A stretch of DNA of 62,865 nucleotides, the filler included, from Choristocarpus tenellus KU-1152 (lineage: Eukaryota > Protista > Phaeophyceae): assembly GCA_964200185.2 (NCBI GenBank). It is 10 parts of 10 records of this genome, joined end to end, with 100 filler letters (N's around TTAATTAATTAA, not from the genome) between each part and the next. Parts side by side here need not be neighbours in the genome. Positions count along the whole stretch, not along the records: positions 35,738 to 41,571 come from CAXNAD020009643.1; positions 41,672 to 45,442 come from CAXNAD020018017.1; positions 45,543 to 54,497 come from CAXNAD020004165.1; 7 more parts are not named here. One strand, 5' to 3'. The notes below the pieces were generated by a model. That model did not search any database and was not told where the DNA came from. It was given only the letters and a program-made list of their open reading frames with translations. Positions 38,047 to 50,635 of this stretch are shown piece by piece (position 1 is the first letter of the stretch; each line of letters begins with the position of its first letter). Both the position numbers and the translations under genes were made by a program.

Positions 38047-40150
38047 CTGTAACATGCCCCCCAGCGTGAACTAGGTAACATGTTTCACGCTTAATACAGG
38101 CGATTGTCACCGGTTAAGACGATAGATATTACCTGTCACCTCAGATCACGCTGTAGCAGCATGAGTTAGTTGCCATCAAGCAAAAGAGGGGCTCCAGTTC
38201 CAAACTCGTCAGTTGCTTCCAACCCAGGGACCTCGGTTCCAAACTCCAGATAGTTCCAATCAATGAGTTGACATATCTCCTAGTTTCTTCTCGAGAATAT
38301 TTCCTCAAAAGTCTTGAGACACAGTCAGAATCAATAAATGTCTGAGCTAATCAGAGTATATATTTTTATTAAAAATATATAACTTCGACTAGGTCCAAAA
38401 TCGATCAACACATATCCATGTTTCTCTTGGGATAATTTATCGTAAGAGGCACAGAATATAATTTGCATCTCGGCTAGTCTGAGTATGTACTTGCTCTTTC
38501 TAAAACATATTCAAAAATTGCAAGGTATACATCTCTGACATGGCCTAAGATGAATAGGACCCTAGTTTCGATCACCTTAATCATAAATGTGATTAATCTC
38601 CACAATTCTTTTACAAAGAGTCCATCCACAAGGTCATAGGATGTAATCTTATTCAAATTGTGTCTGCCTAACCTAAATATGCCTGTTCTTTTGGGCTGGG
38701 ACTTCATGATAACGAAATGGAGAAAATAAGAAAATCCAAAAATAAAACAAGAGAAGAATGTATCCTATATTACGTTTACTACAAGTGATTGTTACTGGTG
38801 AATACAATAGACATCATTAATCGCCTCAAATCATCCTGTAGCAGGGAGAAGGAAGAGCAGAAAAATATACCAAACTTCTACTAGGCCTAAACATGTATCC
38901 TTATCCTACTTGGGGAAATCTGTCTGCGTCTAGCCTAATTCTGAGGATATATTCATTCTCTCTAAGGTACAGCTTTCCTAGAGTGCCAAGTATCATCTGG
39001 TTATTGCCGAAAATATGCCCAACTCCTACTAGGCCTAAACATGTATCCCTATCTTACTTGGGGGAATCTGTCTGCGCCTAGCCTAATATGAGTATACCTT
39101 TGCTCTTTCTAAAATACAGCTTCCTTAAAGTGCTGAGTATCATCTGATTATTGCCTGCCTCATGCCCCCCAGCACGAAGTATTCTGACGACTGCTAGTGC
39201 GTAAAACAGGCAATAACATCAGCATCAGCGCCCAAAATAAATAATAAAATAAAATAGAGGATACAAGGGACAGAAAAGAAAGAATTGAAGGTAGAGCATA
39301 GTAAGGACGCAAGGGGGTACCTGGTCTGACAGAAAGGGAGAAAGAAAAAATGAAATAAAAATGAAAATAGCAAGGAAGTAAAAATGAAAAAAAAGAGGAA
39401 AATAAAATAAAATAAAAGCATCCTATGAAAGTTACTGTCTGGTCTGATACGAGTTACTTCATAGTTCTGACTTCTGCTATCCTATGTTCCATGCAAGGAT
39501 TACCTGTTCAATGCTTTCTACAGGCAATGATCATTTTCTGGATAAAAAATATCCATCACCTTAGATCATGCTGCGGCGGCATGATAATTGCCATTTGGTA
39601 ACATAGGGGCTTCAGTTCAGACTCTGCCAGTTTTCTCCAATATAGGGACTCCAGTTCGAAACAAACACATGGATTCCAACAATGATCAACAATTCTCTGG
39701 TTTCCTTTGAGAACGGATCCTCAAAGGTCATAAGGCACAGTCAAGATCAATATATGTCTGACCAGATAAGAATATATACTATTATTAAAAATATATATAT
39801 ATATAACTCGAACTAGCCTCAAAACAGGTCAGCAAACATCCTTGCTTAATGTGGGAAAAAATTCCAAAGGGTCACAGAATACCATTAGAGTCAGATTGCC
39901 CCTGGCCTAGTCTGAGTATACATTTGTTCTTTCTGAAACATTCCTTCAATATTTACAAAGGGTATAGCTCTGATTGGTCATACAATTTGTGCGTCTTCCG
40001 TTCCAATCTTCCCGGTTATATAAATGTGAATACTATCAAGGATTAGACTTATATCATTCAAGACCTACACAGCATCTGATTATTGCCTGTCCTATGCCCC
40101 CCATGCATCAAGCATACTCAAGGCTGCTAGTGTGCAAAACAGGCAATGAA
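38047..40150. repeat. Degenerate duplicated block, units about 1 kb with a nested 148-bp tandem duplication
   Basis: 38135-38550 resembles 39555-39980; 38873-39020 resembles 39021-39155; ATGCCCCC unit starts near 38053, 39163 and 40094. Confidence 0.75.
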
Positions 40151-41239
40151 ATAAAAAAAATAAAAAAAAATAAAGAAGGGTCAATGAGAGCAACAAACAG
40201 TACTAATAATAACTAAAGAGAAGAGATAAAGGTAAAATAAGCAATAAATAGAAAATAAATAATTATAAAAATGTGTGGATGATGAGGGTAACAAAGTGGA
40301 AACTGAATAGTAAATATAATTTTAAAAAAGCACAAAAAGGTAAAAGGCAAGAAAAAAAAGAATAGAAAAAGTCAGTAAATAAGGAGGGTAACAACTATGA
40401 AAAGAAAATGAAATTCAAAATCAGGGGATGATGGAATGAGAACTAAAAATAAATAACATTAGAAAAACATAAGGATTCAAGATCCCTGAGAGTTGTGACA
40501 AAATAGAAAAGAGGAAAATTAAATTAAAAAAGTAGTGAGTTCAGTGTTTATATTTTCCAAGAACTTCAACCTATACAACCAATCTATAATACTGTGTGCT
40601 CTAATGTGGGCAGCTTCATTTTAACTTCTGCTGTCTCACATTCCTTTCAGTTACTTATGATTTTCAATGCTTTAATCTCTTGTTCTAGCATGTACCAGCT
40701 GAACCTCACCTTGTCCCTCAGGCATACAGTTGTTACCTGCTGGAAGGTTTTCTGGAGGAGGCACTCATCTCTCTCCTGCCGAATTCCTTCTTACCTCCAT
40801 CCTTCAACCATACCTTCCAGTGGGGTGACTTGAACTCAAAAACTGGACCCTGTCCTACATGTCTCTTCAGCTTTCATCATTCCAAAATGTTTGACACTAG
40901 TACCTATAGGGAAGAGGCGTACCACATCCTCTCGAGGCAAGAGTTGTTCTTGGGTGGGAACATTAGTTGGACATGGTCTTATGTTAGAGTTGTGAAGGTC
41001 CTAGAAGGCATGATTAACATCCAACTGTAGTAAGTTAAAGCTGTTCATTTCTTCTGCTTAGCTACCCAGTCTAACAAATATCCATCTTAGAACTTTCTTT
41101 TGTACTACAGTGTCATTTGTTAAGATCTGACAAGGGTACATTGTTACTGCTCGATCTAGGTGTTGAAATGTTGACAAAAGGTACCCATGGTGGCAGTGGT
41201 GATGGTTGGGAGCATTGACCTTCTCTAAACGGTAGTTCC

Positions 41240-41520
41240 CTCTAGTGTTGTCTACAAAATGCTGTACCTAAAATAATTTCGTATGGCAGCCCCACCATTA
41301 TCCTAAAAGTCATATTGCGTACTTTTCCTCTGGGGTAAACGCTATTAGAAGTTTGCATGACCTCAGTACCAGCACAGGTAGAATATTGCACCCTCTGAGG
41401 TTTGCTGTATTTAAGGTACCTTTGCCCGCCATGTTGAGCTGTGGTAAGCAATTTTCACAAAAGTAGATGAGACCTGCACCTGTGTCAAGGAGTACCTGGG
41501 CAAGCATTCTCGAGTGGACT
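41240..41520 (-). mobile_element. Ty3/Gypsy-type aspartic protease remnant
   Basis: AQVLLDTGAG and, after a frameshift, LPYEIILGTAFCRQH. Confidence 0.65.
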
Positions 41521-41691
41521 CTATGTGGGTGACATGGCAGGGCATATATTAATACTTGACTAGTACAATGGNNNNNNNNNNNNNNNNNNNNNNNNNNNNN
41601 NNNNNNNNNNNNNNNTTAATTAATTAANNNNNNNNNNNNNNNNNNNNNNNNNNNNNNNNNNNNNNNNNNNNACGTGTTTGTCGTAAAAGGA

Positions 41692-41860
41692 TGGGGGGGG
41701 GGATTGGTGAGGTTCTACACCAGAGTGTCCATATGGACCGAAATCAGGAAAAGTGCATTTATATTATCCATCCGACGTATGCAACCAAATCACCCAAAAA
41801 TCGCGACATGAAAAAATTGACCTCAAATGGATAGCGACCACCCCCCCCCCAGATACTTTC
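41692..41860. mobile_element. MITE family A copy (partial copies also at 33045-33063, 45543-45599, 59572-59746, 59892-59942)
   Basis: TTATCCATCCGACGTATGCAACCAAATCACCCAAAAA core and CCCCAGATACTTT end. Confidence 0.88.
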
Positions 41861-42231
41861 ATCCTTTTCTGGGGACGAAAGGTTGGTTATACGCACAATG
41901 GGTGGAGAGGTAGACAAAACAGTAGGGCGTTGGATTTCTTTCATTTGTTGTTTAAGGTTGGCTTAAGGGTGGGGTTTGAATACCATGTAGGGGTGGAGAT
42001 GAATTAGAGTCGGAGCACAGGGACAACTTAAACTTAAAATAGACAAGATGTTGTAAGTTGTGTGATTTTGTTAAAAATGTACTTTGCATAGTGATTTGAG
42101 TAATAATCCTTGTCACGAGTGGCCCTTCAGTGCAAAATGCCCAACCATCCCTGCATTCCTATTCCAGTCCACAAACATAAATGCCGTGGCTGGGTGGCAA
42201 TGTGACAGCTTCCACCATACATTCATGTAAT

Positions 42232-42592
42232 AACAAACTAGAGGAACAGTTAGCGCGTTTAAAAGCAAGAAGATTTGGTAAATCATCGGAGAAGCTGGAG
42301 CATCAAATAGACATAGTAGAAAGATTACTTGAAAAAGAGGAGACATTGCTTGGCTTTGAATCAAAAAGTAGTTTTACTTTAGAAGGTGAAATTAAATCAA
42401 AAGGGCAAAAAAAAAAAAAAAAATTACCAGAGCATTCTAATTCTAACAAATGATTCNNNNNNNNNNAGAAAAAAATTACCAGAGCATCTACCAAGGGAAG
42501 ACGTAATTTTAGAGCCAGAGGAAAAATGTGATGCTTGCGTCGGAAATGATGTATCAGAAGTTCTAGAACGTATACCTGAATCCTTTAAATGC
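42232..42592 (+). pseudogene. tnpC: Bacterial IS66-family transposase (TnpC) N-terminal fragment
   Basis: KLEEQLARLKARRFGKSSEKLEHQID (leucine zipper with FGxxSEK) ... RKKLPEHLPREDVILEPEEKCDAC-VGNDVSEVLERIPESFK (zinc-finger region with a short deletion). AT-rich, intronless, contains a 10-N gap. Confidence 0.85.
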
Positions 42593-42990
42593 GAGTTTAG
42601 GATAAGAGGAAGTAAAGTACTTGACACGCCCTGTGCTCCAACATACACACATACATGCAACGGCTAGCCTAGGTCAACCTGATCTTCAAGATGATAATGT
42701 TCCACACACACTGCGGACTATACGAGTATATATCTGTAGCACATGTTTACACTCCGGACTGCAATGTTGCTGTGACTGTACCGGCTCAGTAGCACATTCA
42801 AACACCCATAAAAATTAATAGTATTATCTTTGACTGCAGCATCTTCAGCTGACAAGTGGCAGACTTAAATATGCTGCTCCTCCTAAGGACTTTAGAAAAA
42901 TGATGTTACATCAACATCCACTATGTACGCCTTGTCAGGTTATGCAGTAGGTAAGCTCGGTTTGCACTGAATTCTTCCGAGCTATCTAAC

Positions 42991-44212
42991 CTTCCTCACG
43001 ATAGCAACATCCAGTCGAAGTGTCTCGGTGCTATCCCGAATAGATGCTGAGTGCCCCGCGACCTTGGACATGCCTGTTTCCATCATATCTCTAGCACTGC
43101 TGTGCCATGGAGCTTCAGCGTGAACCCCTACCCCTAGTGACCGTTCTCCATTCTCATCGTGCCTCCACCCCCCCTCCTCCACTTGTTCTGGCTGAGGTCC
43201 ATGCCCTTTTCCTTGACCCTGCTCTGGAACACTTCTCCTCCAGGCGAGATCACCCCTCCAATGTGCCCCCTGCCTTCTCTTACCATCGTTGGTCCTCTCT
43301 TCCTCCTCTCTCTTTTTTCCTGCTTCCCCAGCTCCATTTACTTGCTCCTCTGCCTCTACCCCGTCCAGCTTGAGCTGTTGCCCCCTCTCATGATCCAATA
43401 CCTCTTTGTCCTGATGCTTGTCCTTTTTGTTGTCTTGGTGTTGCATCGAAACTATTGAAACTGTTGAAGCGGTTACAACATCTTTGTGTCCATTTCCTTC
43501 TCCTGTCTCAGTCACAGAATCCTCGTTTCCTTTCAATAACCTCCTCCCTCCATCTGTCCCTGTCAATTCTCCTTGCCCCAACACATTTGCCCCTGCACTT
43601 ATTGGGACCCTGCCTGCGCCCCCTACTGCCATTGCTGCTTCTTTCCCATTCCACTGTTTACCCTCCGGTGTTGCTATAGGGTGCTCATTCTTGATTCGTT
43701 GTGCTCGTAGCAGTCGCAGCTGTTGTGGTGTGTGTAGGAGAAGAATGCTGGAGTGTGAGAGTCTGGGGAGGCGACCAATGACGACTAGCTTGAACGAGGA
43801 TCAGGTTGAAGGTCCAGAATATTGAATTAACTAATTTGAGTTAACACTAAACTGGACTTCAAGAAAAGATGGAATGGAGAGATAGGTGGGTTTCAAAAGG
43901 CGAGGGAAGGGCATGTGCTGCCAAAAGAGGCTTTAAGAAATAGGAGAACATGAAGGGGAGAACTCGTAGAAGATTTCTATAAAATATGGGTCAGATTGTC
44001 CACTCAGGTCTGAATCGAACAAAATTTCAAACCAGAACCCGTGGCGGTATTTGTTGTAGTACTATGAGACAGATGCTACGTTCCACACAATCACAAGCAC
44101 ACCTCCTCTCTGGCGATGTCTGATGCTGCCCTCGCCTTTTCCAGCTCAGCCCTCAAGGCTGCAGCCTCAGCATCACATTCCGAAAACACCATTCGCAATC
44201 GATCACGATCCG
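42991..44212 (-). CDS. Internal exons of an unknown coiled-coil/low-complexity protein
   Basis: Exon about 44212-44103 (..AEAAALRAELEKARAASDIAREE|gtgtgc) joins in phase to 43719-42991 (LRLLRAQRIKNE... 243 codons). Confidence 0.6.
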
Positions 44213-44547
44213 CTTTTTTTTTTTTGTCCAGTTGAGGGAGGGAGAAGGGCAAGTCGATACAGGTACTTCGCATGTTACGCAATTCTAGGACAGTGTATGA
44301 TCCATGTATTTGGTATGCTACACACCATGCTATGTTTGGGCATTAGGTTCAAAGTTCCAGGAGGAAAGGCAACACAGAAGCAGAGAAGTGTGACAGGAAA
44401 TGACCCGTGGCAGGAAGAGGAATACCAAGAGTACTACACTTTGCACAATAAAATGTAGGGTATAGTGGCAATGTACTGGAATGTGAGTGATGGACAAGAA
44501 TCGAGAGCTGCAGGAAAAGGGTCGCAAAGGCGTATGGCAGCTAGGGT

Positions 44548-44908
44548 CCATGTTAGACTGTTTGGATGATGACTACTGGATCACCAAACATTATCTCCAG
44601 CACCATAACAAGATTGAGCGTTCGAGAACTACAATACGACAAGCTGCTCGTTCGCGTTATTCTCACTTCAACGCCAGGTGTGTACGATGGATGGCCAGTC
44701 GTACCTTGGTTCTCTCTTCGGTTAACCTTTTTTACGGTCCTCGCGGCCAGAACGCTCCCGGACTCTCCGCGATCTCCTATCTCGTTGAAGTGAGAATAAC
44801 GCGAACGAGCAGCTTGTCGTATTGTAGTTCTCGAACGCTCAATCTTGTTATGGTGCTGGAGAGAATGTTTGGTGATCCGGTAGTCATCATCCAAACAGTC
44901 TAACATGG
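44548..44908. ncRNA. Long foldback; candidate miRNA/hairpin-RNA precursor
   Basis: Arms 44548-44673 and 44783-44908 are reverse complements at 124/126 positions, with a 109-nt spacer. The inverted repeat is certain; the RNA function is inferred. Confidence 0.5.
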
Positions 44909-47606
44909 CGATTTCTAGGACCTACTCAGACATCACATGCCCTATCATCGCGATCTGGCCAACCCAGTCCAGCATCATTGTGAAGGTAATTTGGGGTCTG
45001 ACCCCCTAGGCATCTTGACCGTCATAACTTTCCTTTGGGGTCTGGCTATTTCCTCATCTGTGTTCACGTAGTTGTTTCCAGGCTCCTGAAGGTGAGGCAG
45101 CATTCCCAATGAAAACTATATGTATGTCGTTATTAGTCCTAAAGAAATAAAATATCCTAAACGTAAGAACACTGTAAGACATTGTAAGTGTGGAAATCAC
45201 TAATCAGTTACTTCACCACTATGAAATATTGTACTACTGTCTTCCTTAGTTTCCCATCTACCTACTTCTGTGCCCCGGGGGGGGGAGCTAGGGAGGCAAC
45301 CCAAGAATCCAACAGACCCCTCTGTACCCATCTCCCTGGTGACTCTTTGAAGCGCATGACACGTCGAGACAATGCCTCTTGCGTAGTCACCGAAACAATT
45401 TGGTGTAGCCTGGATTTAACTACTCCTTTCCTGCCATATCCTNNNNNNNNNNNNNNNNNNNNNNNNNNNNNNNNNNNNNNNNNNNNTTAATTAATTAANN
45501 NNNNNNNNNNNNNNNNNNNNNNNNNNNNNNNNNNNNNNNNNNACATGAAAAAATTGACCCCAAATGGACAGTCGCTACCCCCCCCAGATACTTTGAGCCA
45601 TTCCATGAATAGAAATTTCGTGTCTGAAATGGAATTGTTTAAGCGGGTGCACCTTTTCACACCTATATAAGGACTATTAATAATACGTGCTCCTCCCCAT
45701 TGTGCTATTTTTTCCTTCTTGTTCAGATCTTCAGGTCACACGTATGTATGTATTTGTGGGGGTACCTTCTTGCCACTTTTTTGCAGGCGGGAGAAAGACT
45801 TGAACTACGACAAGTTGTCCAAGTTTGTGCGTCCTTAAGCCACACACCAACATGTAGTACTCAGATCTACTTACTATGTATGTAATTCAAAGGGGGGCAC
45901 TCTGCAGGCAATGGTGTTTTGAGACAAGTGAAAACGTTCAACAATGTTAGTTCATTGACGTTAACCCCAAGCAAAAATCTATGGAGATTCTCCATGATAT
46001 AATTTTTTCTTAATGGCACGGTGGCGGTTTTGATTGGATTTTCCGCAGCATAAGAATTGGCCAGAGTAACACTCTTTTGCACCTCAAAGTACAGATTTCT
46101 AAAATTTGTTGAACCTGCACTTTCTTGGGTCATTGATCAGTGCTGATGTCATCCTACTACTTCCCCCTTGGTGTCAGCAGCGTTTCCAGTTCTTACCATG
46201 TTGGTTCATGATGCATATTGAAACCTTTCTCAATTACGATAACTTCGCTACTGTACTCTTCTGGGTCTTAGTTGCTAAGCCTTTCTAAGGTTACTCCTCC
46301 AAACTACTGTTTCTCAGATCAGGAACTAAGACACTGATACGACTCTGAACACCACAGTAGCGTTGATAACTCAAGAGTGATGCACTTGAGCCTTGTACAA
46401 TGCCATCGAAAACTTATCACCTCGTGCTGAATGCTACTCTGAACTGGTTGTTGCACTTCACCTCGACTGAAGTAGCATCTGACTGATGGTAGAAGGGGAA
46501 TGCTCAATCTTGCCCCACACCTCCCTCTTTGCAAGTGTATTGTTCGAATGGCATGAAGACAGCAGTATTTTGTTCCATTCAGCTTCCCTAAGCATGGTAT
46601 ATAACAACAAGAAGAGACTCCAGGTGCCCCTCATGGCTCACAATCTGATGGGTTATCCACTTTTCACAATACTACAGGCGTCCTGAACAATATGACAGCT
46701 TGGAAGGTTTTGAAGCATAGATCATAAAACATATATCCACAAGGAGTAGAAAGTAGCCAACTAACCTGTACTTGATGGATAGGTGTAAATATGAGTTCAT
46801 AACAAAGAAGTAATTCAGAGCTGAATGAAGTATTTGATGTAGGAATATGGAAATAGATAATTCGACATGTGTTATCGGGAAAACCGAATTACAAAAGAAT
46901 TAGTGCGAAGAGAAACTCAATGATGTATTAATCTTAGTGGGCATGTCTGGGCAAGGCAGATTCAAGATTCTAACAGCTACCGTATTAGCACAAATTACAA
47001 GTGAGCTAATATATAGAGTGGACAGGGCCACCATTACATATCTCTATGCTGCGATCAGAGCACCACTGTACTGTCAGTGCAAGCCATATCGTCACCCTCA
47101 TCCTTTGGAGTCAAAGTAAGCTGAGGTGAAGTTCCACCCATGCAACAGGTACCCTGAGCAAAATATTTGTAAGTTTGGGGACAAATTGGCTTGTTGTAGG
47201 CTTGTTGCAGTGCTTAATCAAGCCTATTATAATGGTACAGTATATCGGGATGTGCAGTCCGATGAATCAAGAACAATACTGAGTACCCACGTCACGAAGG
47301 TAAGTGAAGACTTCCGGCACTGTACACTCGAGCAAACCTGTCAAATTCTTCAAAATACTTATGGAAGATGAGTACATGCACTGATTTACTGATTGCTGGG
47401 AAACTCTATGGAGTAAGGTTGAAAGATTAGATGTCTCTACGTATTACATGAAGGGGCTAGTTTATGCTACTTTTGTAGAACAGAGCCCATTTTTTGTGCA
47501 TAGAAATTGATGACCCATATCTGTTCGAAATTTTGTAAGAAGATTTCAAAGTACAACTCTGAGTAATGATCTGAAGTGTGGTTATCTCGATTCAAGAAGG
47601 TCTTAC

Positions 47607-48089
47607 CTTCACAGCGGAGCAGCAGATAAAGGCAATGACGATGAGGGAAGAGGTGAAGATAATATATTTGACTTTCCCGGTTGTGATTGCCTTCCAGACG
47701 ATCCAACCATATGATCCCAAGACCACCACCCCCAGACATGCTGCAAGCAGTATTTGTGTCCCCTTGCGAATCATTATTTGCATCCGTGCATGTCGGGAAA
47801 GCACGTCCTCTTTTTTTTCCTTTGTGACACATGACGGAGGCGACGAGACGACCCACGGCCCTTTCTTGATATCTCTAGGCACTGAAGAAGTGTCCCAGGA
47901 AGAGGGCCCTGGCGAAAATGTAGGAGTACCCAGCTCAGGGTCGAAAAAAACTGTTTCACGCAGACTTGTCGCAGAAGGTGGGGTCAATATAGATGTTATT
48001 CTAGATTGGAGGACAATCTCTCGTTGTTCTGGCTTGGTTCCTAGTGAGTCGCTATGATGGGAAGTTGCGAAGTATTCCCACACACTCAT
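47607..48089 (-). CDS. First exon of an unknown membrane protein (two predicted TM helices)
   Basis: 161 codons from ATG to a strong AAG|gtaaga donor; hydrophobic segments ILLAACLGVVVLGSYGWIVW and YIIFTSSLIVIAFICCSAV. Downstream exons unresolved. Confidence 0.6.
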
Positions 48090-48307
48090 GCTTGGCTGTT
48101 GATCTGTAAAGTGCCGAGGAAGTTTGCCGCCTGTCTGGACCTATCTCGACTGTGACAAGGAGTAGAGAAGTGATGCTTTGATGGTTCTTTTCCTATCATG
48201 AACAGATGGGTGATGTGAAACCGATCCAGCTGGCAAACGCCTTCCTGGCTTCGTGCTCCTTCCATTCACCTGAATCCTGAATCAGACACAAAATCGATGT
48301 GGACCCA
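48090..48307. promoter_or_regulatory. Putative bidirectional promoter/5'UTR region
   Basis: Only 218 nt separate the two divergent ATGs. Confidence 0.45.
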
Positions 48308-50604
48308 ATGCCCGAGCTACCTGAAGTTGAATATGCCCGCACACTCGTTGAAAGCCACTGCCTCAGAGAAACTATCGCGAAATGCCTTGCGCTGGAGTCG
48401 GGAGGTGGAAATGTAAGCGTTAGACTTAGGTGAAGAGTGGGGTTGAAACATCAAAACCTTTGGCAACAACTCAAGATTGTCTTACTCCCCGCCCTATGGC
48501 ATAGCATGATATTCTCTACCCCTAGCTCAAAAATATCATTTTCTTCTCATAACATAGCTCTGTCATTGCCCTGGGCATGTGTCGCCCCTGCCCGTACCCA
48601 CGTAGCGCCATGGAATGTTTGATGACATTGTGATCAATGAAGATGCGACAGCCGATACGATCACGTCGGCCCTCGAAGGGCGTACGATCATGGCCGTGAA
48701 GAGACGTGGAAAACAGTTATGGTTTGAGCTCGACAAGTGAGTGCCTTGTGACAAATATAACCTTGCATCTTGCTAGCGAAGGCACGTATGATACCCTCTT
48801 CACCAGCAATTTGTTATTGCTGCCATACGTGGTGTTCGTCAAGCAAGAGTTACAATGGGTGTCGTAGGAAAGCCATTAATGCGAAGTTTAAGCGGCTAAA
48901 CAGCGGTGGTGGAAATACGGCGACCTTAATCTCGTCCCTCAGACTAAAAAATCCTTGGATACTGCTTTACACTCATTTGTTGTGCTGTTACGAGTAGGCC
49001 ATCACATTACCAGGCTAATATCAGAGAAGTAGTTGGAGCTAATCTTTTCCATGTGTACGCAGTAATAGGTAGATGTGGTGACAAAAGTAACAACTCTGAT
49101 TCTCATCTTGTTTGAGAGCAAGTGCTTTCATATCCAACCTTTATGCCCTTCACTTACTCCACTCACTTCCATTGTTGGTCATGGTGGCACCTGTCCAAGT
49201 CCTCCACACCCACTGTTCCACTTCGGCATGACAGGGGCCTTCATTGTTAAAGGATATGAACCGATGAAGTACTGGAGCTTCAAGGTTTCCAAAGATGTGT
49301 GGCCGCCCAAGTTTACAAAGCTTGAGCTCCAGGTACGCTCGCTAGTTCGGTCAGTGTTACTGCAAGATGCTATCAAGAGAGAATGTTGCCAGAAGCAATA
49401 ACGCGCTTTACTCTTCAAAATCTATATCTTGTCCATTTCTTGTAAGAAGAGGTAAATGGCTTCCATGTTTGACTATCTGTTTGGAAGTTTTTTTTTTTTC
49501 CCGTAGATTGACCTGCTTTTTGGCAGATCACTTTGTATTGAGTGCGGTACATACGGATCCTGTATATTCTACGCACATGAAGCCTTTGGTGGACCTGTGA
49601 TATGATAATATGGCTTCCTTCTTGAAAATGAACATTTTGACCTGGATATAGGACTGCACTCATGATGAAAGACTCACACCCGACACGCAATCTGTATAGC
49701 GGTTTCACCATTGGTTCATCAACCTTCACGATGTGACTTCTTGCTTCTCTGTGTGTTGATTTTGTGCTCAAGAGGACAAACTCAGGGGTATCTTAAGATA
49801 AACGATTCTGAAAGACTTGCATTTCACCCAATTGATCATTCAACTGGCCTGGTGTTTTTTCCCCTAACAAATCTGGCTGAGTTTCTGAAACGATGATATA
49901 GTTCTTGAAAGCCACAGGTCACTACCTATCACAAATACGCTCTGAAGAATTTTGCAGTCTTGAGGTGCTCAAAGTGCCCAGTTATGTTGTTTAATGCGTT
50001 AAGCAAAGGTATCACAAGCTCGTGACCTTTCTCTCGTGTCAACCCATGTTTGAATATGAGAGTTCCTTACTGAGTTTCGCCAAGAAAATTGGTTAGAAGT
50101 ACAGTAGATGTGCAGTACCACCTCAGAGTTCCACACAGTGTGGCCTGCCCACACACACACACACGCGCGCGCGCGCGCGCACACACACTGTATTTGATAT
50201 CTGTGTTTTATTCCCCCCCCACCCCTCCCTTCCCAAATTCTACTTATTTGTAAGCATGCCTTCCTTGCCCTACCCAGATGACAAATGGCAAGAGGTTGGC
50301 CCTCACAGACCCCCGTCGCCTCTCAAGGGTGAAGCTTCGGGAGTCACCAGAACTCGAACCACCGATCAGCAACCTAGGACCGGATCCCATAACCCACCCC
50401 ATCTCCCTTGGAGCCTTTTCCGCCAAGCTCGCAAAGATTGCAGCACCAATCAAGGCTGCATTGCTTGCGCAGGATAGAGTCGTCAGTGGGGTAGGGAACT
50501 GGATTGCGGACGAGGTGTGCTTTCAGGCCTCTGTGCATCCAGGAGCAGCGTGCAATACGCTCTCTCTAGATCAGGTGAGTGCGTTCTTTCTTTTTTTTTC
50601 TTGT

Positions 50605-50635
<31 letters not shown>

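Noticed and set aside
44487-44906. Overlapping sense/antisense ORFs with the same peptide
   Set aside because: A consequence of the inverted repeat; no protein motif.
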